From assembly GCA_049699855.1 (NCBI GenBank), contig JBNAWM010000016.1, positions 1 to 18,846 on the forward strand: 18,846 nucleotides of DNA, read 5' to 3'. The DNA is from Candidatus Cryosericum sp. Its GTDB lineage: Bacteria > Caldisericota > Caldisericia > Cryosericales > Cryosericaceae. Every line of letters begins with the position of its first letter. Position 1 is the first letter of the stretch. The position numbers and the translations under genes are program-made. The notes under the pieces are model-generated. The model had not been told where the DNA came from, did no database searches, and saw only the letters and a program-made list of their open reading frames with translations. Positions 9,625-17,478 of this stretch are shown here, in pieces.

Positions 9625-12261
9625 ATGACCCCGATCGAACTCGATCCATTGTACGACGCGACGAAACACGAGGAACACATCTATAATTTGTGGCTCAGCC
9701 GGGCTGCCTTTCACTCGGAACCTGACCCCTCCAAAGAGCCATTTGTCGTGATGATGCCCCCTCCCAACGTCACCGGCTATCTGCACATCGGACACGCCCT
9801 CAACATGACGCTCCAGGATATCGCGATCCGATACAAGCGCATGAAAGGTTTTGAGACGCTGTGGCTGCCAGGCATGGATCATGCAGGCATCGCAACCCAG
9901 GCTGTTGTAGAGCGCCAGATAAAGGAACAGGGACTGACCAAGGAAGGGCTTGGACGGGAGGAGTTCGTTCGGCGCATCTGGGAGTGGAAAGACAAGTACG
10001 GCGGCATCATTCTGTCTCAGCTCAAGAAGCTGGGCGTCTCGGCCGACTGGGACCGCCTGAGGTTCACGCTTGACGAGCCCTACGAGCAAGCGGTCAGGGC
10101 AGCCTTCGTTCATTACTATGAGAAGGGATTGCTGTACAAGGGCCAGCGGATCACCAACTGGTGTCCCCACTGCCACACTGCCATCTCTGACATCGAGGTG
10201 ACCTACGGCAACGAAAAGGGCCATCTCTGGTACGTCCGCTATCCGTTTGCCGACGGATCGGGATCTGTAACGATCGCCACCACGCGGCCCGAGACCATTC
10301 TGGCCGATGCCGCCGTTGCGGTCAATCCTTCCGATCCGCGCTACATGGACATCGTCGGCAAGGAAGTCATCGTTCCCGTCGCCAATCGGAAGATCCCCGT
10401 GATCGCCGATGAAGCCGTACTGATTGACTTTGGAACGGGCGCCCTCAAGATCACCCCCGGGCACGACCCCACCGACTTCGAGGTTGGTCAGCGCCACAAC
10501 CTGCCTAGCATGGCAGTGATCGGGCTTGATGGCCTGATGAACGAAAACGCCCTCCAGTACAAAGGGATGACGGCCGTCAATGCCCGTGCCGCCATTGTGG
10601 CTGAGATCGATGCTCTGGGCCTGCTGGAGAAGGTCGAAGACTACGAGCACAGCGTCGGTCACTGCTCGCGCTGCAACTCCATCATCGAACCGATCGTCAC
10701 CGACCAGTGGTACCTCCGCATGAAGGAACTGGCCACGCGGGCGCTGGGCGCGGAGCAGGATGGCAAGGTTGAGATCCTGCCCGTCAAGTGGCGGAAAGTC
10801 TATGAGGGCTGGCTCGAGAACATCAACGACTGGTGCGTTTCGCGTCAGCTGTGGTGGGGTCATCGCATTCCAGTGTACCACTGCGAGGATTGCGGCGAAA
10901 CCATCGTGTCGGTCGAGACTCCCCGCACGTGCCCCAAGTGTGGCGGATCACACCTCACACAGGAAAGCGATGTTCTGGACACCTGGTTCAGTTCGGCCCT
11001 CTGGCCCTTTGCAACGCTGGGCTGGCCTGAACAGACCGAGTCACTCCGCTACTACTACCCAACCTCCCTGCTCATCACAGGATACGACATCATCTTCTTC
11101 TGGGTCGCCCGCATGGTCATGTCCGGCCTCGAATTCATGGATGAAGTCCCCTTCCGCACTGTCTTCATAACAGGCCTGGTACGCGATGAGCAGGGCCGGA
11201 AGATGAGCAAGTCGCTCAAAAACCAGGTTGATCCCCTGGACCTCATCAACACCTACGGCACCGATGCTCTGCGGTTCACGATGGCCTCACTGTCCACCTA
11301 TGGAGGACAGGATATCCTGCTGTCCGATCAGAAGCTGCTGTCATCCCGCAACTTCATCAACAAGCTGTGGAATGCCACGCGCTTTGTCGCCGCAAACGTG
11401 GATGTGGCGGCCACCCTTGCTGGCACGCGCCCATCGGACGACGAGCTTGGTCTGTTCGACCGGTGGATCCTGACGCGGCTGGCAGCAGCGACGGCGGAGG
11501 TGACCGCGAGGATGGATATCTACGACTTCGGCGAAGCCTCGCACCGGCTGTATGAGTTTGTCTGGGGCGACTTCTGCGACTGGTACATCGAACTTGCCAA
11601 GATCCCGCTTCGCGACGAGGCCAAGGCAGGAGCGACGCGCTGGGTGCTGGCTTATGTGCTGGACAACATCCTGCGCCTGCTGCACCCCTTCGTTCCATTT
11701 GTCACGGAAACGATCACCCAGCAGTTGTACGCCGGCGACCACCTGGTCATGACATCTGCCTATCCCGAAGCTCACGACATGACCAGCTACACCGAAGATG
11801 CCGGCCGCGCCGACTTCCTTATCGGCTTCATCAAGGCGGTCCGCAATCTCAAGGCGGTGTTCCGCCTGCCTCCCACCGAAAAGCAGACGGTCGTTGCCCT
11901 GGGTTCAGCGGAGGATATCGCTGCCATCCTGGCGAATGCCGAGGCAGTCAAGTTCGTAGGACGGTTCGCAGAGATCGGGACGCAGCTGGACCCGTCACAG
12001 CGCTACATCAAGGGCGCTTATGGGGGCATGCAGGTCTTGATCCTGGCCAAACCCGATTTTGATTTCGAGGGTGAGCTGGGCGTGCTGAGGAACAAACTCG
12101 AACTGCTTCGTGCCGAGGCAGGGAAGCTCGAGAACAGATTGAACAACGAAGACTTTGTCGCCCGTGCGCCCGCCGAAGTGGTCGAGAAGGATACCCAGAA
12201 GCTAGACGACCTCAAGGCTGAAGAGCGTCTGCTTACCGACTTTCTGGGCGAGCAGGGCTGA
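9625..12261 (+). CDS. valS: Valine--tRNA ligase (878 aa)
   Basis: PPPNVTGYLHIGH, PGMDHAGIATQ, editing domain (ATTRPET, GTGALKITPGHD), DWCVSRQLWWGH, DTWFSS, KMSKS, C-terminal coiled coil (FVARAPAEVV). Start 9625 chosen for SD spacing; ATG 9604 is an in-frame alternative. Confidence 0.98.
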   Translation: MTPIELDPLYDATKHEEHIYNLWLSRAAFHSEPDPSKEPFVVMMPPPNVTGYLHIGHALNMTLQDIAIRYKRMKGFETLWLPGMDHAGIATQAVVERQIKEQGLTKEGLGREEFVRRIWEWKDKYGGIILSQLKKLGVSADWDRLRFTLDEPYEQAVRAAFVHYYEKGLLYKGQRITNWCPHCHTAISDIEVTYGNEKGHLWYVRYPFADGSGSVTIATTRPETILADAAVAVNPSDPRYMDIVGKEVIVPVANRKIPVIADEAVLIDFGTGALKITPGHDPTDFEVGQRHNLPSMAVIGLDGLMNENALQYKGMTAVNARAAIVAEIDALGLLEKVEDYEHSVGHCSRCNSIIEPIVTDQWYLRMKELATRALGAEQDGKVEILPVKWRKVYEGWLENINDWCVSRQLWWGHRIPVYHCEDCGETIVSVETPRTCPKCGGSHLTQESDVLDTWFSSALWPFATLGWPEQTESLRYYYPTSLLITGYDIIFFWVARMVMSGLEFMDEVPFRTVFITGLVRDEQGRKMSKSLKNQVDPLDLINTYGTDALRFTMASLSTYGGQDILLSDQKLLSSRNFINKLWNATRFVAANVDVAATLAGTRPSDDELGLFDRWILTRLAAATAEVTARMDIYDFGEASHRLYEFVWGDFCDWYIELAKIPLRDEAKAGATRWVLAYVLDNILRLLHPFVPFVTETITQQLYAGDHLVMTSAYPEAHDMTSYTEDAGRADFLIGFIKAVRNLKAVFRLPPTEKQTVVALGSAEDIAAILANAEAVKFVGRFAEIGTQLDPSQRYIKGAYGGMQVLILAKPDFDFEGELGVLRNKLELLRAEAGKLENRLNNEDFVARAPAEVVEKDTQKLDDLKAEERLLTDFLGEQG

Positions 12262-12285
12262 CTGGAACACTTGGTGGAATCTGGC

Positions 12286-13623
12286 GTGCAGCACACGTAT
12301 GCCGAGGCACTCGATAGCGTCTTCTCGCTCTCGAAGTTTGGTTCCAAGCCGGGGCTGGAGAGAATTGCACGCATCATGGCCGCACTGGGCAATCCCGAAC
12401 GCCATCTTCGCTTCGTCCACGTCGCCGGCACCAAAGGCAAAGGATCGGTCTGCGCCTTCACGGCGCGCATGCTCGAAGAAGCAGGCTACAGGGTCGGCCT
12501 CTACATTTCTCCGTCGCTGGTCAATGTGGGCGAACGCATTTCGGTGAATGGAGAGACGCTCTCGCCAGCCGACTTTCTCGATGCGTACGAGGCAGTCTGG
12601 GGCGCTATCGGCCAGGTCTCCCAGGACGATCCGGTCACCGTGTTCGAGGTGTTCACCGCCATGGCAATCGTGCACTTTGACCGCAGGAAGGTGGACATGG
12701 TTGTGTGGGAGGTGGGTCTGGGCGGATTGTACGACGCCACCAACGTCATTCCCGTACCCGACGTGGCAGTCATCACCAACATCGGACTGGAGCATACCGA
12801 CCGGCTTGGCAACACGGTTTCAGAGATTGCCACGCAGAAGGCCGGCATCATCAAGCAAGGTGGCGTCACGGTCATCGGGCATCAGGACTACCCGGAAGCC
12901 GAGGCGACGCTGGTGGCACAGTCCGAAACCATGCACAACAGGATGGCCCTCGCCGGCCGTGACTTCGTGACCGCTGGGCAGGTGTTCACCCCTGACACAG
13001 TCACCTTCGACTACCAAGGCACGATCCTCGGGCGCGAGGTCTCGCTCCCGGACCTGAGGATCTCTCTGCGCGGAACCCATCAGGTCCACAATGCAGCATC
13101 CGCCATAACGGCAGTCCTTGCACTCGACGCAGAGGGCACACTGCAGGTGCCGGAATCAGCCATGCGCCGCGGCCTTCAGGCGACGTTCTGGCCTGGACGG
13201 CTGGAACTTGTTCCGGGGACACCCACCGTCTTGCTCGACGGGGCGCATACCCAGACGGCAGCCAGATATCTTGTGGAATCCCTGCATGCCCACTTTCCCG
13301 GAAGACACTTCACCATGCTTTTCGGGGTCCTCATGGACAAGGACATGGATGGGATCGCCGCAGTGCTGGGTCCGGAGATGGATCACATCGTTCTGACACG
13401 AGTTCCCGACAACGGCCGCGCAGCCAGCCCGTGGGAGTTGAGAGAAAAGTTCGCGCGATACCTGGCACACGACTCGCTCCAGGTGAGCGACGATGCTGCT
13501 GAAGCCTATCGAATGGCGCTGGCGGCAACACCCCAGGACTCCTGGCTGCTGGTGACCGGCTCCTTATACCTCGTGGGTGCCATTCGCAGGCTCATGGGTC
13601 TGTACACATTCGTGCGACCGTGA
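12286..13623 (+). CDS. folC: Folylpolyglutamate synthase/dihydrofolate synthase
   Basis: HVAGTKGKGS P-loop, SP...ERI, EVGLGG..DATNV, ITNIGLEH, KAGIIK, WPGRLE, LDGAH, VTGSLYLVG. The valS-folC pairing is known from Bacillus. Start uncertain: GTG 12286 is favoured by a weak SD (GGTGGA); TTG 12271 and GTG 12274 are alternatives. Confidence 0.93.
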   Translation: MQHTYAEALDSVFSLSKFGSKPGLERIARIMAALGNPERHLRFVHVAGTKGKGSVCAFTARMLEEAGYRVGLYISPSLVNVGERISVNGETLSPADFLDAYEAVWGAIGQVSQDDPVTVFEVFTAMAIVHFDRRKVDMVVWEVGLGGLYDATNVIPVPDVAVITNIGLEHTDRLGNTVSEIATQKAGIIKQGGVTVIGHQDYPEAEATLVAQSETMHNRMALAGRDFVTAGQVFTPDTVTFDYQGTILGREVSLPDLRISLRGTHQVHNAASAITAVLALDAEGTLQVPESAMRRGLQATFWPGRLELVPGTPTVLLDGAHTQTAARYLVESLHAHFPGRHFTMLFGVLMDKDMDGIAAVLGPEMDHIVLTRVPDNGRAASPWELREKFARYLAHDSLQVSDDAAEAYRMALAATPQDSWLLVTGSLYLVGAIRRLMGLYTFVRP

Positions 13624-13629
13624 TATTCT
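13601..13629 (+). promoter_or_regulatory. Possible internal extended -10 promoter for the zinc-ribbon/rnf operon
   Basis: TG-A-TATTCT at 13621-13629 (the TGA is the folC stop), with TGTACA 17 nt upstream at 13601-13606. Confidence 0.4.
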
Positions 13630-13650
13630 GTTACGTTTGGAGGTGACACC

Positions 13651-14136
13651 ATCGCTACGCTATTTGCAGGGTTCTGGCAGAACACCGTCGTTCCGAACAT
13701 GAGCTCCGTTGTGCTGGGAACAGTCGTGCTTATCCTCGTCATTCTCATCTGGATCATCAAGGATACGTCGAGGAGAGGCGCGAACACACTTGTCTGGTCA
13801 GTGTTCACTGTTGTTGGCCTGGGAGTCGTGCCGCTTATCATCTACCTTCTGGTACGCGACCCCTTGACCCTCGACGACCACATGACTGACAAGCTGAACA
13901 GCGACGTGCTGAAGCTTGAGAGAAGCTACTACGCATTCATCATGGACGAGCGGGACAGGAAATGCCCCGTCTGCGGGCACGAGGTAAAATCAACCTACCG
14001 CTACTGCCCGGCCTGCGGCACCGAACTGCGCACCGTCTGCCCCGAATGCGGCGAACTTCTGGAAACCAACTGGAAGACCTGCCCGCACTGTGGGCACAAG
14101 ATCGAACAGCATGACGCGAAAGGAGAGTTGGCCTAA
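13651..14136 (+). CDS. Membrane-anchored double zinc-ribbon protein (2 TM helices, PLDc_N-like, plus 4 CXXC)
   Basis: Hydrophobic segments VVLGTVVLILVILIWII and LVWSVFTVVGLGVVPLIIYLLVR flanking KDTSRRG; CPVC, CPAC, CPEC, CPHC at 13963-14091. The first ATG is 13699, but the strong SD GGAGGTGA (13639-13646) points to the in-frame ATC at 13651. Confidence 0.85.
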   Translation: MATLFAGFWQNTVVPNMSSVVLGTVVLILVILIWIIKDTSRRGANTLVWSVFTVVGLGVVPLIIYLLVRDPLTLDDHMTDKLNSDVLKLERSYYAFIMDERDRKCPVCGHEVKSTYRYCPACGTELRTVCPECGELLETNWKTCPHCGHKIEQHDAKGELA

Positions 14137-15477
14137 ATGAACTTGAAAACGTTCAGGGGCGGCATCCACCCGCCCGAGCGCAAGGAACCGACGCGCGACC
14201 TGCCCATCGAGCGTGTGCCGGCGCCGGCATCCGTTGTCATTCACCTGACCCAAGCAATCGGGGCACAGAACCAGCCGCTTGTCAAGGTGGGCGACCGGGT
14301 CCTCAAAGGGCAGAAGATTGGCGATGTCGACGCCTGTCCGGCTGCGGCTGTCCACGCATCCATCACCGGCATTGTCAAGAAGATCGAGCCGGCCCCCCAG
14401 AGCAACCTGCGCGACGGCATGGCCGTCTTCATCGAAGCCGATGGCACCGATGAGACTGTCTACATGGAACCATTGAATCCGTTTGCCTGTACGCGCGAGG
14501 AAGCCATCAAGCGCCTGCGTGATGCCGGCATCGTCGGCATGGGCGGCGCATCCTTTCCCACCGATGTCAAGCTGGCTCCCCCCGCGGACAAACCCGTTGA
14601 CACGGTGATCGCGAACGGTTCCGAGTGCGAACCATATCTGACCATTGACCATCGCACCATGCTTGAGGCACCCGCCGCCGTGGTCGAGGGGCTTGCCATG
14701 GCCGCACACATTGTCGGTGCAAAGCAAGCCATCATCGCTATCGAATCCAACAAGGCCGAGGCTCTTCCCGTCATCCAGAAAGAGATCCAGGCTCATGCAC
14801 ACGGCGTTCCGATGGATGCAGTCCTCGTCGCAACCAAGTATCCCGAAGGCGGCGAAAAGATGCTCATCAAGGCGGTCACGGGGCGCGAAGTCCCGTCGCA
14901 CGGACTGCCTGCCGATGTGGGAGTGGTCGTCCAGAACATTGGAACCCTGGTTGCCATCAGTGAAGCCTTCCTTCAGGGCAAGCCGCTCATCGAGCGCGGC
15001 TTCACCGTTTCAGGCGGAGCCTGCAAGACGCCCAAGAATCTCTATGCTCCGATCGGCACGGTCATCGGCAGTCTGATCCCGGACGTCATCCAGGTCAGTG
15101 ACGACCTGCGAAAGGTCATTTTCGGCGGACCCATGATGGGCATTGCCGTTCCCACACTGCAAACACCCATAGCCAAGGGGACGAGCGGCGTGCTCTTCTT
15201 CAATACCGCTGAAGCTGTCCAGTATGAAGAACGCCAGTGCATCCGCTGTGGACGATGCGCAGAAGCCTGTCCCATGCAGCTGATGCCGATGCTGATGAAT
15301 GCCGCCATCACCATCAACGATCTCAATCACGCAGACACACTGGGGCTGGTCGACTGCATTGAGTGCGGAGCCTGCAGTTACGTCTGTCCGGCGCGCATCC
15401 CACTCACGCAGCGATTCAAGCTGGGCAAGGATCTACTGCGCAACCAGCGTGCCAAGGAGGCCCGCCATGGAAAATAA
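14137..15477 (+). CDS. rnfC: Rnf complex subunit C (NADH/FMN-binding, 2x[4Fe-4S])
   Basis: TFRGGIHP, VKVGDRVLKGQKIG, GIVGMGGASFPT, NGSECEPYLTID, KYPEGGEK, GGPMMG, CIRCGRCAEACP, CIECGACSYVCP. Confidence 0.97.
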   Translation: MNLKTFRGGIHPPERKEPTRDLPIERVPAPASVVIHLTQAIGAQNQPLVKVGDRVLKGQKIGDVDACPAAAVHASITGIVKKIEPAPQSNLRDGMAVFIEADGTDETVYMEPLNPFACTREEAIKRLRDAGIVGMGGASFPTDVKLAPPADKPVDTVIANGSECEPYLTIDHRTMLEAPAAVVEGLAMAAHIVGAKQAIIAIESNKAEALPVIQKEIQAHAHGVPMDAVLVATKYPEGGEKMLIKAVTGREVPSHGLPADVGVVVQNIGTLVAISEAFLQGKPLIERGFTVSGGACKTPKNLYAPIGTVIGSLIPDVIQVSDDLRKVIFGGPMMGIAVPTLQTPIAKGTSGVLFFNTAEAVQYEERQCIRCGRCAEACPMQLMPMLMNAAITINDLNHADTLGLVDCIECGACSYVCPARIPLTQRFKLGKDLLRNQRAKEARHGK

Positions 15478-16459
15478 GCCCGCGAGACTGGTATTGTCGG
15501 CGGCACCGCACTTCTTCACCCGCTACGACATCCAGAAGACGATGGCCATGGTCATCATCGCCCTGCTGCCTGCGCTGGCAGGAGGCATCTACTTCTTCGG
15601 ACCCAGAGTCCTGCTGGTAACGGCAGTGTCCATTCTCACTGCAGTGGCCTCGGAGTACCTGTTCCGCAAGGCACTGCGACGCGAGACACACATCAGCGAC
15701 CTGTCGGCAGTCGTCACAGGGCTGTTGCTGGCACTCATTCTGCCGCCATCCTCCCCCTTGTGGATGGCCGCTGTCGGATCCGCATCCGCCATCATTGTCG
15801 CCAAGGAGTTGTTCGGCGGACTTGGTGGCAACTTTGCCAACCCCGCCCTGGTGGGCCGCGGTATTCTGCTGATGAGCTGGCCCGCATTCATGACCCGCTG
15901 GTCGCCTCTGGTGAACAAGGCAGCTGTCGACGCGACGACAACTGCGACCCCCTTGGGCATTCTCAAGCTGGGCGGTGCCCTCACAGACGTCATGAAGAGC
16001 CTTGGCGTCAGCGGCAAGCCCGCCCTCTACCTGCAAATGTTCCTGGGCAGCCGCTCCGGCAGCATCGGCGAAACATCCGCCCTCCTGCTTCTGCTGGGCG
16101 CGGCGTTCCTGGTCATCACGCACATCATCGACCTGCGCACACCCGTTGCCTTTGTCGCAACGACGTTCGTCACGTCCTGGCTGTTCGGCCGGGACCCCCT
16201 CTTCTCCATTCTTGCCGGCGGTATTCTGCTGGGAGCCTTCTTCATGGCCACCGACTATGTCACGACTCCGGTAACGCCCGCAGGCAAGTGGATCTTTGGA
16301 ATCGGAGCCGGGCTGATCACGGTGCTCATCCGTCAGCTTGGCAACTTCCCTGAAGGCGTCACGTACGGCATCCTGTTCATGAATGTCGTCACACCCTACC
16401 TTGACATGATCGTGCCGCACAAATTCGGCTACGTCAAGCCCAAGAAGGTGAGCGCATGA
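15467..16459 (+). CDS. rnfD: Rnf complex subunit D (membrane, covalent FMN site, 330 aa)
   Basis: DLSAVVTGLLLAL, AKELFGGLGGNFANPAL, DATTTATPL (FMN Thr), GSIGETS, AFFMATD, PEGVTYGILFMN. ATG 15467 follows SD AAGGAGG. Confidence 0.96.
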   Translation: MENKPARLVLSAAPHFFTRYDIQKTMAMVIIALLPALAGGIYFFGPRVLLVTAVSILTAVASEYLFRKALRRETHISDLSAVVTGLLLALILPPSSPLWMAAVGSASAIIVAKELFGGLGGNFANPALVGRGILLMSWPAFMTRWSPLVNKAAVDATTTATPLGILKLGGALTDVMKSLGVSGKPALYLQMFLGSRSGSIGETSALLLLLGAAFLVITHIIDLRTPVAFVATTFVTSWLFGRDPLFSILAGGILLGAFFMATDYVTTPVTPAGKWIFGIGAGLITVLIRQLGNFPEGVTYGILFMNVVTPYLDMIVPHKFGYVKPKKVSA

Positions 16460-17478
16460 AAACGTGGCAGATGATCAAACTGGGGCTCATCCTGGCCATC
16501 TATACCATCGTGGGCTGTGTTGGACTTGCTGTTGTCTACAACGTGACCAGCAAGACGATCGCTGCACGGCAGGCATCAGATCTGCAGAGCGGACTGCGCG
16601 AGGTCTTTCCAAGTGCCAGCAGCTTCACCCCCACCGACAAGGTCACCTCATCCAGCAGTGCCGTGGTCTTTCAGTCGGCCTTCACTGCAGAGGGCCCATC
16701 GGGACCGCTGGGCATCGCCGTGCAGGTTCAGGGTTCCAGCTACGGTGGTCCGACAGTCCTTCTTGTGGGTGTTTCAACCGACGGCACGATCACGGGCGTC
16801 AAAGTGCTGGAGAACAAGGACACGCCAGGGTTGGGGGCCAACGCCGCAAACCCTTCCTACTATGTCGACAAGGCAACCAAGACCACCTTCCCGGGGCAGT
16901 TCACCGGCAAGAAGGTAGCCGATCCCTTCATCGTCAAGAAGGATGTCATACCCATCACGAGCGCGACCATTACGAGCCGGTCCATTGCAAGCCTGGTACA
17001 GTTCACCGGCAAGGCTGTCATGGCTGCTTTGAAGTCAGGCACTTCATCTCAGCCACCGGTACCGGTGGTCCCGCCTGCGAACACGGTACGGCCCGCTGCA
17101 AAGCCTGTCGCGTCAGATGCGCCAGGTGTCACGATCCTGGAAACGACCGTCACGACCAGCGGAACAACGATTCTCAGCGCAACGGCCAAGGCCACGGCAC
17201 CCAGTTATGACGGCAAGGCGACCGTCCTCGTCACCGTCACTGCAGATGGAACGATTACGGATGTCAAGGTGCTGGAGATTACGGACAGCCAGGGATTGCC
17301 GGTCCTGTCACCTGACTTCGCCCAGCAATTTGTCGGCAAGAAGACCAGCGCAGCGCTTACGGTCGGCACCGACATCTCGGCAGTGACCGGCGCGACGTTC
17401 AGCAGCAGAGGTACGGCGCAGCTGATCAAGGCAACAGCCGATGCGCTCTTCAAGGCACTGTCTGGAGGTGGTCTGTGA
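16456..17478 (+). CDS. rnfG: Rnf complex subunit G, extended form with two FMN-binding domains (340 aa)
   Basis: N-terminal TM anchor. Domain 1: SYGG...DGTITGVKVLENKDTPGLG...QFTGK...ITSATITS. Pro-rich linker. Domain 2: SYDG...DGTITDVKVLEITDSQGL...QFVGK...VTGATFSS. Lies between rnfD and rnfE. Confidence 0.93.
   Translation: MKTWQMIKLGLILAIYTIVGCVGLAVVYNVTSKTIAARQASDLQSGLREVFPSASSFTPTDKVTSSSSAVVFQSAFTAEGPSGPLGIAVQVQGSSYGGPTVLLVGVSTDGTITGVKVLENKDTPGLGANAANPSYYVDKATKTTFPGQFTGKKVADPFIVKKDVIPITSATITSRSIASLVQFTGKAVMAALKSGTSSQPPVPVVPPANTVRPAAKPVASDAPGVTILETTVTTSGTTILSATAKATAPSYDGKATVLVTVTADGTITDVKVLEITDSQGLPVLSPDFAQQFVGKKTSAALTVGTDISAVTGATFSSRGTAQLIKATADALFKALSGGGL

Noticed and set aside
9589..10881. 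430-aa ORF antisense to valS
   Set aside because: Shadow ORF expected from GC-rich codon bias opposite a conserved gene; no recognisable motifs.
13990..16420. Long antisense ORFs (303 aa and 334 aa) opposite rnfC and rnfD, and other alternative-frame ORFs across the window
   Set aside because: They overlap well-supported genes almost entirely, have atypical composition and show no domain signatures.
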